Position numbers and translations under genes: made by a program. This document shows, piece by piece, positions 35,562 to 49,370 of a stretch of DNA of 64,000 bases. This stretch comes from Lama guanicoe. Taxonomy: Eukaryota. How positions within the stretch are numbered: position 1 is the stretch's first letter; each line of letters begins with the position of its first letter. Where the stretch lies: assembly GCA_013239625.1 (NCBI GenBank), contig MU056000.1:11793175-11857174 (forward strand), in the 5' to 3' direction. Under the pieces are notes generated by a model. That model saw only the letters and a program-made list of their open reading frames with translations, did no database searches and was not told where the DNA came from.

Positions 35562-35712
35562 AGAGCGGAGGGTTGCAATCTTGGCCTCTCATCAGACTAT
35601 TGCTGCTCACAGAGTATTGCTGGGGAACCCCCAGACCAATTACACCAGAATCTCAGGGTGGCACTTAGGCTCTAAGGGCTTCCAATGTGCAGCCACGGTT
35701 GAGATGCACAGA
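35562..35712. mobile_element. MER5-like hAT MITE
   Basis: 'ccccagaccaattacaccagaatctcagggtgg...aatgtgcagccacggttgaga'. Confidence 0.6.
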
Positions 35713-37514
35713 GATGAGATCCAAAGGGCTTCTCTTCTGTAATTAGTCCTGATGTAAATGGCACCTCCTCCCTGAAGTCTATCCGGATTGTGTGAGATCA
35801 TATCATCATGTGAAACTTCTTTGTCCTGTGATCATATGATCGTGGGATCTCTTCCCCTCGGTTCCCTCATAGTTTCCTGTCTGTACTTCCCTTTTGCCAT
35901 TTAACTTAGCCTTCCATTATACGCACGAGGGAACACGTTTTGTTGTTCCCCAAATTTATACATCAATCTAATTAAATGTTAATTTCTGCCCCAGGGGAGA
36001 ATAGCTGGTGTGCAATAAATATTTGTTGCTGCTTAAATATAAGCATCCCTCATGTCCAATAAGTACCTTGGCAATAATGCTGGCTTCCGTTTAATTTAAA
36101 ATGTAAGAAGCAGAACACAGAAATGATGGCTTCCACTCGACTGAGCATCTTTTGTGCCAGGCATATATTGTGTGGATTCTTTCTAGTAATTGTTCAGTCC
36201 AAATCCCCAAGTCTCAAGCAAACAAGCCTCCTTGGCTAGCACGGGCAGTCCAGTGCCTTGCAGAGTCGACTCCCTGCACCCAAGGATTTGGGGGAGTCAC
36301 CAGTGGGGGGACCAGTACAAGTGGGCCTCTCTCAGCTCTACTGAGGTGGCCTCTAGTGACCTGGGCTCAAAGCCATGTGGACACCACACTACAGAGGCTG
36401 CCCACACTTCCCAGGCCTCTGTCCTCCTGGCATCTAGCAACCCCTCTCTCAGTGACATCTCGGCGGAGGTGACCTCAAACAAGGGTGTAAGGAGTAGACT
36501 TTTGGGGTCACACTCACAATCTTTGTTTGCTCCTCTGTAAAATGAAGATTTTTCATTTCCTTTCACCTATAATGATTTTTTTCCCCTCAAGTGGCTCGTC
36601 CACTCTTCTAGCAACCAGGCTGCAGTAGGACCTTCCTCATCTGCAGAGCACACGTGTCATTCCTGAATCCCAGCCGTGGACCCGATTTGTGCTCATCTTT
36701 CTACCTGAGGGCCCCCAGCCTCTGTAGATGTAGATTCAAAGAGGGCCTGTTGCCAGTCTCTACACCCCATTCATGGTCACACAATATTTATTCCATCATA
36801 AGCAACTTGATTATATCCTCATTGTGTTTAAAAGCTCCTGGATTGAAATGTGATAAAATCAAAGCAGTTATTTTGCTAAGGTGACAGAATCGTGGATCAT
36901 TTTTTTCTTTCATATTTTTTTACCTCATTGATGTTAAATTATTCTTTGTTCATGGAAAAAGGGCAGACGCAGTAGGAAACTCCAGGACTTACCCCATCCA
37001 TCACAGCGAGTAGCCTGAATGAGAAACTTGCAGAAGACAAGTGTTCAGCCATGTCCCCAGATATCTGAATATAAAGTTGTTGTCATCAATCACCTCCAGG
37101 CAGTCACTTTTGCCAAGAAAGCAATTGCCCTACTGAGGTCAGGAGAGCTTTCCGTATCCTTCCCTTTCCGGTGACCTGCGGGGCCCCACATGGTCCGCCT
37201 CCACCACCACATGGTTTTCATATGCTCCCCTTCGCTCACTCCTGCCACAATCCCCACTGGCTGGCTTTTGGTTTTGTTTTTTAATATGACTCCCTCTGAG
37301 CAAAGCCTCCTGCCCTTGCAGCCTCCTCTGCCTGCTGAACTCCTCCGCAGGTGCCTTCATGCTCCCTCCCTCCCTGTCCCTTCAGCTTTACCTCTCTCTA
37401 GTGTCCTTGCCACCGTTTGATACCAATACCTAACAGTGAGCCTGTCAAAGGGCTCATGATATGCTGGGTCTGTCCTCAGAGCGTTACACTTTTGGAGCAG
37501 CAATGTAGGCTGAG

Positions 37515-37565
37515 TCCCCTATTAACCCCATTTCACAGATGAGGAAACTGAGGCACCAAGAAATT
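37515..37565 (-). mobile_element. MIR core fragment
   Basis: 'ccccatttcacagatgaggaaactgaggcacc'. Confidence 0.75.
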
Positions 37566-37573
37566 AGTGGGGT

Positions 37574-37714
37574 TTTTTTATTTTGGGGGGAGGGGTAATT
37601 AGGTTTGTTTATTTGTTTGTTGGTTGGTTTGTTTTAATGGAGGGACTGGGGATTGAACCTAGGACCTTTTGCATGCTAAGCATGCGCTCTACCACTTGAG
37701 CTACACCCTCTCCT
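37574..37714 (-). mobile_element. tRNA-derived SINE, camelid Vic-1-like
   Basis: Homologous to 19064-19189: 'taattaggttt...ctggggattgaacctaggacc...gcatgctaagcatgcgctctaccacttgagctacacc'. Confidence 0.9.
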
Positions 37715-37734
37715 AAGAACAAGAATTTTGACTT

Positions 37735-37815
37735 TTTTTATCGCTTTATCTCCAGTGCTCGTTGCAGTGCCTGTCCAGAGTAGGTGTTTAATAGATATTC
37801 GTCTAATTAATTACT
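37735..37815 (+). mobile_element. LINE-2 3' tail
   Basis: 'tatctccagtgctcgttgcagtgcctgtccagagtaggtgtttaatagatatt'. Confidence 0.7.
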
Positions 37816-40800
37816 TGTTAGTTGATTAATATGTCTCTAATACGTATTTCAGCTGTGGGTTTCTTCCTGCATACATGTCCAGTGCCTAGTAAATATTTTT
37901 TAACATGAAGTAAATCCCTAAAGCACACTTCCCTAACCACATTCCCCCATTGCCCTGCTTGGGGAAGAAATGTTAAAACAAAATTCCTTCTCTCTGACTT
38001 ATGGTCAAAGTCTTGGCCCCCAAAGCCAAGAACACAGCAGTAAGTGCCCAGGGCGCCTACATTCCAAGACAGTGATGCAGGACCAGCGAAGAAGGTTTGA
38101 GACTCTTTTCCAAACCAGACAAGCAACGGAAGGTCACGGAGAGATGCTGGGTTCTACTCTGAAGTCTGGGACATCTCTTCTGAGCAACAGAAACTAAAGC
38201 TGACAGCAACGGCCGGTTCTGAGAGACCCATGTCAGCTTCCATCTCATTCTCTGTGCCTGACCTAAAATACACACAAGAGCCGCTCCCCAGCCCTCAGTT
38301 TCAAAGATGTGCCCCGACTTAGCCTTGCTCCCCAGACGGCTCCCCCAGGACCACACCTGACATATAGTGATAGTGATGCTGTATCTCAGTTAACCCACGG
38401 GGCCGTGCAGCCTGTTTGGAAATACGCTTTCATTCACATTCACCCTGTTCGTTCATGCCAGGTCCCCCTAGCTAGAATTTCCCAACCCCTGATGAAGGCA
38501 GAAGGGTGACGAAGATCAGAATCACTTTAGTGCAATGCCTGCCACCTCTTGGAATTAAGCAAGGTCAAAATACCAAATGGGAACGCCTCAGCCCCTTTAG
38601 TAACACGTTTGTTTAGTGATCGGCTTCTGTAGCTTTGCTTCCTCCAACCTCCGTGGAAGAGCTCAGATTGAATAGTGGTTTTGTCCATCAAAGCCAGCCC
38701 TTCCCCAGTGCGAGTCTCCAGACACAATTTCCGTCTCTGGGCAGCTGCCGGGCTGCCTCACCATCTGTCAAGCTGGCCCACTGCCCATGGAGAGGAAATG
38801 TGCCCGTGGTTTACTGCATCCAGGAGAGGCACCCAGGAAGACAGGGTTTGCTGGATTAGTGGCGCTGCATTTCCACACCCCACCCCTCTTGCTGGAAGCC
38901 CTTCCTGATCGCGCCTGTTGACAATTGTCCTAGTGGGGGAGTCTGTGTTTCCCTTGGCATAAGGGAGCGTCCACCACCAAGTAGGGTTGGCCCAGCATTT
39001 CCTTCTGACAGGGGCCACGACACTTCTTTCTCAGCCCAATGCCTTATGCGAGGAAGGTGTCTGAAAGCTCAGCTCCAATAATTACTCTATCCTGGCTCTG
39101 ACATTATCCAAAACCACCTGGGAAGAATTCTCCAACAGGAGAAAAAGTGGACCAGCTGCCTTGGCCGTCTCCTTGTGAGCGCTGGCTGCATGTCTGCAGA
39201 ACAGAAATAACTAAGACACCATGTCATCTGTAGGACGGGGCGGTTACTTTGATGGCCAATTCACTTTATGGTATAACTTCTCAAGTGAGAGAAAAATCTG
39301 TGTATAGAAATGACACTGCCCCCCACACCCAGTTAGCCATATTCCTATCAACTGGGTTTTTCTATCTTAGAGCAGAATGTTTGCCAATTGATGGAGAGAG
39401 GAGATGTAGGTGGTAGGATGGTAGAGAGAATAACTAATTAAACAGATCAATTGGCAGTCAAATCAGGATTATGGTGAATTTGTTGCTATGCAGGATTTAA
39501 TAAAAAAGAGAAAGATGTGCATTTTCCAGAGTACTTTGGACTTCAGCGGAACACTCGTGGAGGTCTCTCCAATCCTATCAAGCTAATCAGGTTGCATTTA
39601 GAACACTGAACAGAAATGTACTCTCTCCCTCAGAGTGAGAGGAAAGGGTGTAGTAGCGTCAATGCCATCCTTACAGAAGCCAATTTGGAGGTGCAGGGAA
39701 TACAGCTGAGTGATGGAGGCACCACCAGGCATCTACTACTTCGGGGGGATAAACTGCAGTGAATCTGGTTTAGCTGGTCCCCAGGAGTAGACTTTCTGGA
39801 GGTCCAGGAAGGCCAACAGCACAAGACCAAGCCCCAGTTGGGTCCTTGGTTTTGATCTATTCTGAGGCCACAGGAAGCAACTCGCATACCAGTCAATTCT
39901 CTGTAAATTTCCATTTCCATGCCATAAGGGAACCGTGAAAAAGAGTGGCAGAAGTACCTCCCTGTTACCTCCTTCCCAAATGCCAGTGGGTCCACGGACT
40001 CAGTGTCTGGAACACGCAGGACACGTGTTCTTTTTAGGGGCTCACCCAGAAGGGGAAGATCTGATTCAGCACTTGGACGACCCAGACCACTGCTCTTCGG
40101 GCAATTTGTGACCCTCTGGCTCTCCTCTACTTCCTTTTCCTTTCAAGTTGCTAATTTATTTATTCGTGATTCAGTGAGACTTCAGTTTATGATGGTCAAT
40201 AAAGTGACATCGTTGTTAAGTGATGCAAGTTCTCTGCCGGGGACATTGCCAAGCCAGGGAAGAGGGACTTCCTCTCACTCTGCTGCAGTTCTTTCGCCAC
40301 TCCATACCCGCGTCCCTGGTCACCAGCTTCACTGTGATGGTGCAGACCACCGTCCACGATTTGCTGAGTTGGGACCCTGCAATATACTCTCCTTCAGGCA
40401 AGAATTCTGACTACAGCCAAGACGTTGGAGGCCATTAAATAGATTTCCATCCATTAGTAGACCAGGAAATTACTTGTTCCTTTCACTAAAATTCTCTACA
40501 TGAATTGAAATACTCACAAAATAGGTTTAAGTGTAGATTATGAAATAATATTGATTTTCCAACTGCAGTTTACCGCCTTAAAACGTGTTCAAACATAAAT
40601 GATGTATTACTGGAACGTCATGTCATGGTCTCTTTCTGTCCATAAGTGGAATGAGTCCTGCATCATTGGCAGACTTTCTAAATGGACTTAATAATTGTGA
40701 TAAAAAAGAGATCTTAAAGACCTCGGATAAAAGAAGAAATGTCCTGACGGGAAGGACATGGCTCCCCAGAGCTAGGAAATGTCTTGTTCCGAAACCACAT

Positions 40801-43261
40801 GCTCCCTCCTGCCCTCTGATCATCATGTGAATTCTTCAGCCTAACTCAGGTATCTCCCTAGAACAACCCTCTCCGAAGGAAGCTCCTCCAGTAACTCTTT
40901 GTTATTCTGATCGCACTGCTTTACTCTCTGGCACAGAGATCTCCTATAGCCTGGCATCCAAACATTTTTCCCATTGTCCCATCCCTTTCTTATTTACCTG
41001 TATCATTAATGCCTCCAGCTTCTAGGAGAGCACCTCAGATGAGTGTATCCAGGCTTATCCCTCCTGCGTCCTCTGCCTGAGCTTTGCTCCACTTGCCTTG
41101 CAGATCCGTATTTTGGATTTCTCTTGGATCTGTGCTGTGTGTGCACACGCATATGTGTGTGTGCTTGTCTGTGTGATGCTTCTCCAACTGCATCTGCAGG
41201 TTCAGGAACTGTGGTCTTTACCTTTTACACCTCTGCTTGCCTGGGGCCTCTAAGACAGAAGATGTTCAAGACTGTGTGCCCATCAAATGAACTGAGTGGT
41301 GGAGCAACTCTGATAAAATCTTACACCTCAAGTCCAAAGCCACCCCTCTCATGAAACCAACCCCCCACCCAAGCCCCTGTGAGAATTAAACTTTCCTTCA
41401 TTTGGGGTTTTAGAGTACTTGACTTTTCCTTTGCTGTAGTAACATCACATACCCTGCCTTGTAATATCTCTAGTTGTGCACGTCTCTCTCCCCCTGGACC
41501 AACTGTTTACACCTGTGCTAGCTTTACAGGTATTGTCTCTAACCCACACAATGCTCAGCCCTTGTAGATATTACTGTAAAGACTGGAAAACTGTAAGCTG
41601 CAGAGATTAAAGTAATAAATGGTGAATCACAAGCTGTTATTTCCAAGGTAAGACTTCTGCCCCTCTCCTGGTGTTTTCTTTCCAGAAAAAGGAATACCAT
41701 TAGTGAAACCGTCCAGGCCTCTCTCTGTCCGCTCACTTCTTCCTCCCCAGGAGCTGTGGGACCTCCCTTCGTGTTGGTTTAGGTTGGAAGGAGAATCTGG
41801 ATGTGCTTTTCTCTTCTCTCCCCTTCCTCTCCCTTCTATCCCTCCGACACAGGAAACACTCGTCTCCTCCGCTCTGTGTGCCTTAAGTCATTTGGAAGTA
41901 GCCCCAGCTCCTGAAGCCGATGGCAGGAGGGGCTGTAGTTGGGGGATTAACCTCAAAGGTAGCGATACCTGGCACCATCAATCAGCAATCTTAGGGGAAA
42001 GACAAAGGGTAAAATATAAGCAGAATGGGTGAGACTGAGAGGTGGTTTTGAAGCCTCAGATTTGAGTGTATGAGCTTGTGTTTGGTCTCAGAGGCTTATC
42101 CACAATGGTTATCACAGTGGTTGGTTGCAGGTTAAGTTCTTCAGTTTGGGCAAAAGCTTTCTGCCTTAGACTACATAGTATTTTGAGCTCTGTAAGGGAC
42201 TGCAGCTTATGCCAGTTTTGTCCACAGGCCATCGATAAGCAGGGCTGCTTGCACAGGGCTGGAAGCTAATGAGGCCCATACGTCTCAGCAAAGGGACAGG
42301 GCAGTGCAGAGATTAACAAAGGCACAGAGACCACAGTCACCAAAGAGAACAGGGCTCCTACGGGGGCGGCGAGGGCATCCCAGCCAAACGTGATGTGCCC
42401 TCCGCGGATGGTGCCTCCTGGGACCTTTGCAAGCCAACACCACCCCACAGGTCCCAGCAGAGGGGTGGGCCATCAGCAGGTGAGGGCAGCCTCTGAGTAC
42501 AGGGCTGCAGCTTGTCCCCAGCCCTCACAGGTGCAGGTTTCCTAAGCAGAGGCCGCAAGCTCATTGATCCACCCACGGAGAAAAGCGCCGCTTAGACATT
42601 AGGGTGCAGAGCATGTCTGCTGTTTTTAAACTGTAGCTAGAGAATTCCATCTGCCCTACAGGTTCTAGATTTCAATTGTTAGTGCCAGGCACCAGTAGGC
42701 AAAGCAAACGGGAAATGCAGATCGGTAGGTTAGGGATATACCGGACACGTCGTCTGCTGGTGCTGGGAGTTACAATCACTGCAAATTTCTAAACTTGGCA
42801 AGAAGACAGCCATGCCTCGAGTGCTGCTCTTTGAGAGTGGAGATGTGGTATGTGGAGTTTCCTCCTGGATGTGGTAAATACCCTTGTTAGAAGAATTTTT
42901 CCCCCATCAAATTGAAGTTCAAAGGTCATGGATTCCAGACACCTAGCATAGCCTGGGGCAGATAGAAGCTGCATGATTCCCCCAGCTCCTTCTCCCAGGT
43001 TTGTCTGGTTCTCTGCTGCTCCCTGTGGCCAAAGAATTCCCTGGATTCTAGAAGCCTGGTTTTGCCAGGAAGCGCTGCCCTAGGAGTTAGGGATCGGCTG
43101 CTTTTCTTAACTTGGTCGGTGTGGGGTCAGGGCTGTGACACTTGTGTGTCCTATTAACTCTTTAAACTCATTAAAAATAAAAGCACTCAAGGGCTTTTCA
43201 ATGAACTAATACTCCTTCCAAAGCTTGCAAGGAGTGATGCCCATTCCAGGTAGAAACAGCC

Positions 43262-44638
43262 CAGGCATTTCCCCAACCACAGGATCCGGAGGATGGCCCA
43301 TAACTATTTCAGGGGCCTTAAAACTATTTTCTTAGCAAGAGTAAGGTGGGTTTCCTTTTCCATTTGTTGACGTGCACGGCTGGTACATAAGCAGGTGGGC
43401 ATGGCGCCCACCTGTGCTCATGGCCAATGAATTTTTCACCACCGCACGCTCACAAATTTTTTTTAATCCACTGTCCCTTGAGAACATCCTTGACAAACCT
43501 GTAAAAATTATTCATTTTATTCAACCTCATCCCTTGAGTACGCATCCTTTTCATATTCTATGTGACCCCAATGGAAAGGCCACACAGAAGACTTTTGCTA
43601 CGTACCAGAATTCAAAGACCGCCTGGAGGACAAGCAGTTGTACAATTGTTTGAATTCAGAGCAGAACAAGCCCTCTTTTAAAGTGAACATCTTTTTTATT
43701 TAAAGAAACTACTGTAGTTATTCAAACTCAAGTCGTTGGACACTATTTGCTCAAAAGCTGAACAAAGAACCTGTCCTTTCAAGGCAAACAGCCAACAATA
43801 ATTATCACCAATAATAAAATTCAAGCAGTCAAGTGAAAATTGGAGTTTTAAAAAATGTGTATCTACTACCATGAGCTTGGCCGCTTCCTAGCACTTAAAG
43901 ACTTCTCTGACGAGATGGGTGATACATTAACAGGTGTGATTTTTTTTTAATCTTATATAGTGAAGTACATCAGTATTCAGGAAATCTGCCTTAACTTGGT
44001 GAATCAATATTTCCCAACTGACCAACATGTGATATTGACAAAATCATGCACAGGTAAAAGATTCTTTCAAGATGGAAGGTATTCCAATGAGTCTTAACGT
44101 AACAAAGTATGAAAAGTGCACTGATCTGGTTTCAGCTTCCAGACTGAAGCTCTGACCTCCTGAAACTAGCATTTGTCAAGTCCTAGCGTAAAATCAAAGA
44201 AGAAAATCCACAATTATCTGAAACAGGTATGAAAATTCACCTCCCGTTTTCCAACTGCGTATCTGTGGGAGGCTGAAGTTTCTACAGACTTTTTAACCAA
44301 AAGGAACATATGGCAACAGATTGAATGCAGAAGCGGATAAGAGAACCCAGATGTCGTCTATCAAACCAAACATGAAAAGGATTTGCAAACACATAAAGAA
44401 AAAAATGCCACTCTTTTTCGCTACATTTTTTGTTTGTTTGGAGAAATATTGTTATTTTTAATAAATATATGTTATCTATTTTAAATTTTCACGAGTTTAT
44501 TTTATGTTTAAATGAATTAGTATTTTTAATGTCACAGTTTTAATTTCTGATATAATGAATTTTGATAAGTACCCTGGTGTTTTCATCAACTGTTGAGAAG
44601 TTAAAGGTGTACTGGGACGAAAAGTTTGAAAACCACCA
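43262..44638 (+). mobile_element. Charlie1a-like hAT DNA transposon
   Basis: Transposase remnant LENILDKPVKIIHFIQPHPLST in ORF 43372-43653; 'ccatgagcttggccgcttcctagcacttaaagacttctctga'; terminus 'aaaagtttgaaaaccac'. Confidence 0.85.
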
Positions 44639-46310
44639 ACCTAGACAATGAGAACGCCACCTATGACTGCCAGAATGAGAAATGGAGGGATGAGAGAATT
44701 TAATATATCTGAATTTTTAACTTAAACAGAAAACAGAACATACTTTTAAACGTTAATTCAGGTGTATGTTTGAATTTTAACCTGCAAAGGGATTTAATAA
44801 TTGGACTTTAATTTCCTGCTGGCAAATTATAGTAAGAGAAGGTTTGGAGCCAGATTTGGAATATCTGTTGCTGGATTATATTATTGTACGTGTGACTCAT
44901 GTTGTCCTTTAATTTCAACTCAGAATCTCTGAATTGGAGACAGCAGAATGAGCTGAATTGGACCACGTGGCTGATGGTAGTTTGGAATGGAAGTGGAAGG
45001 ATTAATTGTCAGCCTTGGAGTCGGAGTGGCCCTGGCTTTGCTTTCATTAGCACACCTTTCTAATTCATTCCAGAGAGTTCTGGGAGCAAAATGTGTACCG
45101 CCTGGGAGGTGTCGGGGGCGCCCCAGACAGGGGGCGGTATTGGGAGCAGCATCGGGAGGATGGGAGCAGGGCTTTCTGAGGGCCTGCTGTCGCCTCCCGA
45201 ATGCGGACTGTCCTCATCTTTCCTGCGCTCCACGGCCCAGTGGTCCTCCGCCACTCCCCGAGTTTCCGCTCAGGTAGATGAAGTGTCCCTAGCGTGGAGT
45301 GTCCTCTCATCACCCTGACGCTCACTGTGCCTCAGGGAGGCATCTAGCTTCTCCGTGGGTGGTGCTGGAGCGAAGAACTGTTCTGCCGCTCCTTCTCCTC
45401 CGTCTCTCCCGGGGAGAGAGCCAGAGAGCACGGGTTCCAATCTCCCCAGGCCCCACGGGGTGAGTAGTGGTACAGGTCTGCTCATTCTGAAGCCCTGAAT
45501 TAGTCAGCTTGCTCACAGACATGAGCCACATTCTCCAAAATCATCTCATCAGTTCAGGTGGCGACATGCTGTCTCCACAGGTTGTCTCACTTTGTCTTAT
45601 CTCTCAGGTTGTTCAAAAGCCAAGCTGGTTTATGAGGTCACCTCAGATACCGCAGGAGACTGAACTCGGGTCTGCTTGATTCCAGAAGCTGTGCTCTTTA
45701 CACTTCGTTGCTCTGCTTCCACTTCGTGTTTTCCTGGCACCAAGACCATCTCTCCGCTAGGAAATACGTATTTGTGGAGTGGATGCTGAATGGGAGGAGA
45801 TGAATGAATGAAACACTGTCCCAGCACGGTGTTTCCCATTGTGTGCCTTATTCTTCCAAATCAAGCAGAAGCGTCCTTCTGGTCTCACGTGATGACTAGC
45901 CATAAAGTAAGTGCTGGAATGGGTGCAAACTCAGTGGCTTCCTTCACACTAAGAGCACGTATGGGAAGGGTCCGAGAACACAATGTGCTGCGACAGGGCA
46001 AGAATAGCCCTCAGAGCTGTATCACCTCACACCAAGTTCATTAACTTCACTTAAATGAGAAATAAGTGTCCCTAGTGGAAAACTCAGAGGTGTCCACAGA
46101 CCATCTGAATCCTACATCTTTGCTGACGGTGAGCGGTATACTTTTTTTCTTTGGCCACAATTCAAGGAAAGTAGTTCTACCCTAGATACTTGATAAGCTC
46201 CTTGTATGCATGTTTGTATATTAAAAACCATATTTATAACCATTTTCCAAGCACAAAGTTGCATTGAGAAGCTAATATGGGAAAATTCATAAAGTGTAAT
46301 GTGTGGTTCC

Positions 46311-46839
46311 TGTATCAGCTATCCATTGTTGAATTATCCCAAAATTTACTGACTTAACACCACAATAGGTATTTATTATCTCACACAGTTTCCATGGGTA
46401 AGGAACTTGTGGCTTAACTTGGAGGGGAGGGTGTCATAGTCTAGAATCTCTCGGATGGCGGTCAAGGTGGCAGCTGGAGCTCTAGTCATCTGAAGGTTTG
46501 ACTGGGGCTGGAGGGTCTGCTTCCAAGATGGTGTGTGCAGACAACTAGGAGCAGCTGGCCTCAGTTCCTCACCACAGGGACCCCCTCCATGTGGCTGTAT
46601 AAATGTCCTCAAGACAAACCACTCACTTCCCCCAGAGTGAGTGTTCCCAGAACTAGAGGCTGTGACCAGACCACCACATCTTTTGCGAGGTAGCCTCAGA
46701 AGTCACACACTGACATTTCATGATATCATACTGGTTACATGTGTCATCCTATTTAATGTAGGAGGGGACTACAGAAGGGGTGCCTAACAGGGGGATCCCC
46801 ATTGCAGCATAGGAAGCCATTTAGATACTGGTTACCAAA
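46311..46839 (-). mobile_element. MaLR solo LTR, MLT1F-like
   Basis: 'gtcatctgaaggtttgactggggctggagggtctgcttccaagatgg'. Exact 5-bp TSD gttcc (46306-46310 / 46840-46844). Confidence 0.9.
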
Positions 46840-47209
46840 GTTCCTATCATTTTCTCTAGTCTCATCATGAAGAAGAACAAAGCTCATGAAAAGTAAATAA
46901 ATCTACGTGGTAGCCTTACATGAGAGGTCAGGTAACAGTCTGCCTTTTCTGAATTTGGTTGGCGCATTACAAGCCACACTGGAAATGTCCAGGGTTTGGA
47001 AATCAACTAGATCTTCAGGAAGTATTAACTCAAGAAGCACTCATTCTCAGGCAACAGAGACTCAGAGAAAAGGTAATCATTTATTCATTGAAGAGAATTC
47101 ATTGAACTCCTATTAAATACTAGCTACCAGGCTAGTTCTCTAGACCTTTAGATAAATGTGGAGCTCACACTGCAATGAGAAATTCAAACATGTGAACATG
47201 TGGCACCCC

Positions 47210-48080
47210 TACCTTCCAGTTGCTGTATTTTTCTTATCAGACAGTTCTATTTGGTTCTTTTCAAATCCACCTAGTCAATTTTCATCTCTTGTTTCTTTAT
47301 TGTATTTTCAATAATTTTTAATTAAAATATATCAAACACACCCACTTTAGCTTCTGTTTCTGGTCATTTCACATCTACTCACTGTGTAAGTCTAATTCTA
47401 TGCTTTTTTTTTTTACTGCTCTCTTTTGTTTATGATGGCTTGTTTTGCTTAATTTTTTTTTTAAATTATGAACTCTGGTCCTTGGGAGTTTAGCTGCAGG
47501 AATTCTTTAGAATACAGTTTTAATTGTGTTTCTCTTAAGAGTATTTGCATTTGCCTCTGCCAGCCTCGTGTGGGCACTGCCAACCCAAGACTACTCTAAG
47601 TTTTCTCTGAGCAAATGGGCAGGGGGAGCTCGGTCCCAAACCCTAGTGATTGCAGGCCTGTGGCTAAAAATTTTAAGTGGAAATTTCCTCCAATTCACTG
47701 ACAGCCAAGCTTGAGACAGGATGTATCTCCAAGATGTATCTCCAAGACTTTCATCAGCAGGGTAAGTTTCTTCTACTTGTCCACTTCAGGGGTGCTGAAT
47801 TTATGCAGGAATTCTGACTAGACCCCTTTTCCCTATTTGGGGCAAAACCCAGGAAAGAGGCACCAAGTTTTACCCGATACCCCCGGGGGGAACTCTGCCT
47901 CCACTCTCTTGCTCTTTTGGATTTGCACTTTCTTGAGGTGTCTACAAAAACCTCGGAAAGTTCTTTTACTTCCCCCGAGCCTCACCATGCGTTATAAAAC
48001 ATGTGAGAGGTTGAGTTTTTAATACAGCGTTTTCAGGTGTGCTGTGCTGAGCAGGTCTGAACATCTAACCTGCTGCTTTG
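47210..48080 (-). mobile_element. HAL1 / old L1-related fragment
   Basis: 'agttctatttggttcttttcaaatc' and 'gtatttgcatttgcctctgccag...gggcactgccaacccaagactact'. Confidence 0.55.
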
Positions 48081-48676
48081 CAGAACTTGCTGTAGTTTGT
48101 ACCATGCCATTAAGAAGATCAGCCCTTTACTTACAACTTATGTTTGAGATGATCAGGCAAAGAAGAAGACGGTTGGAATAAAAGAGTTAAGGACACCAAG
48201 TTGTCATTTGTTTCACATGGTCGACCACAAAAAGACCTAAAGGAGATCCAGTGACAGTCAATAATTTTGTGTTATTTGGTAGCAATGAAGTGTCAAAGGC
48301 TGCGACAGTTGCTCAGTGTCTTATACAAATGAACAATGACAACAAAGGCAACGCTGACGTGATTACTTTATTAGGTGAGGGAGAGTTATGCCGGACAGGC
48401 ACAGAGTCTCTGGGAAGAGCGAGGAACTGCTCCGATAGGAGGTGATATCTGTGTGGACTTCAGGGCTTGGCGGGGTTTCAGAGGCAGGAGTGGGGAGACC
48501 TCAGCTGGAGAAGCACAGTTACTCCGGATTCACTTTCAGAAGCCTGTTTATTGGAGTGCATCCAATAGTCCCTATTGGCTGATCTTCCCAAGTGAAAGGC
48601 TAATGCTGACTACTTGGCTTTCAGAAGCACGTTCACTGGGACGAGTCACTGGTTGATTAAATAGATTTAAAACTAG

Positions 48677-48912
48677 TTCTGATGGCTCCACAGCTATAGA
48701 GTTGTCTCTCTCTCTTTTATTAATAAGCAGCTTCAAAATCCGTTTTGTATTTGATGACACCTTTTTGCCAACAGAAAAATTCCCATACACTTAAGAAAAA
48801 CTAATTATTCTGTAACTATGATAACAAGTAGCCTCCAAAATGGGTTTTGAAGCTGCTTATTAATAAAAGAGAGAGAGAGAGAGACAACTCTATAGCTGCG
48901 GAGCCATCAGAA
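48677..48912. repeat. ~65-70 bp inverted repeat, arms 48677-48741 and 48843-48912
   Basis: The arms are reverse complements with 2 substitutions and a (GA)n length difference. Confidence 0.95.
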
Positions 48913-49370
48913 ATATTCAGCCATAAAAAAACGGCAACACAACGCCATTTGCAGCAACATGGATGTCCCTGGAGAATGTCATTCTAAGTGAAGTGAGCCA
49001 GAAAGAGAAAGAAAAATACCATATGAGATAGCTCATATGCGGAACAAAAAAAAAAATAGAACATAAATACAAAGCAGAAACAGACTCATAGACATAGAAT
49101 ACAAACTTGTGGTTGCCAAGGGGGTGGGGGCTGGGAAGGAACAGACTGGGAGTTCAAAATTTGTAGATACTGACAGGCGTATGCAGAATAGATAAACAAG
49201 ATTATACTGTATAGCACAGGGAAGTATATACAAGATCTTGTGGAAGCTCACAGTGAAAAAAAAATGTGACAATGAATATATGTATGTTCATGTATAACTG
49301 GAAAATTGTGCTCTGCACTGGAATTTGACACAGCATTGTAAAATTACTCTAACTCAATAAAAGATGTTTA
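48913..49370 (+). mobile_element. Young camelid-type L1 3' end
   Basis: 'tattcagccataaaaaa...gccatttgcagcaacatggatg'; 3' UTR shared with 462-718; AATAAA and A tail. Confidence 0.92.

Noticed and set aside
47720..47747. 13-bp tandem duplication gatgtatctccaa x2
   Set aside because: Ordinary slippage duplication within an old repeat.
48677..48912. miRNA precursor or MITE
   Set aside because: The ~100-bp spacer, the absence of a transposon-type TSD, and the exact junction with an L1 fit an insertion-associated rearrangement better.
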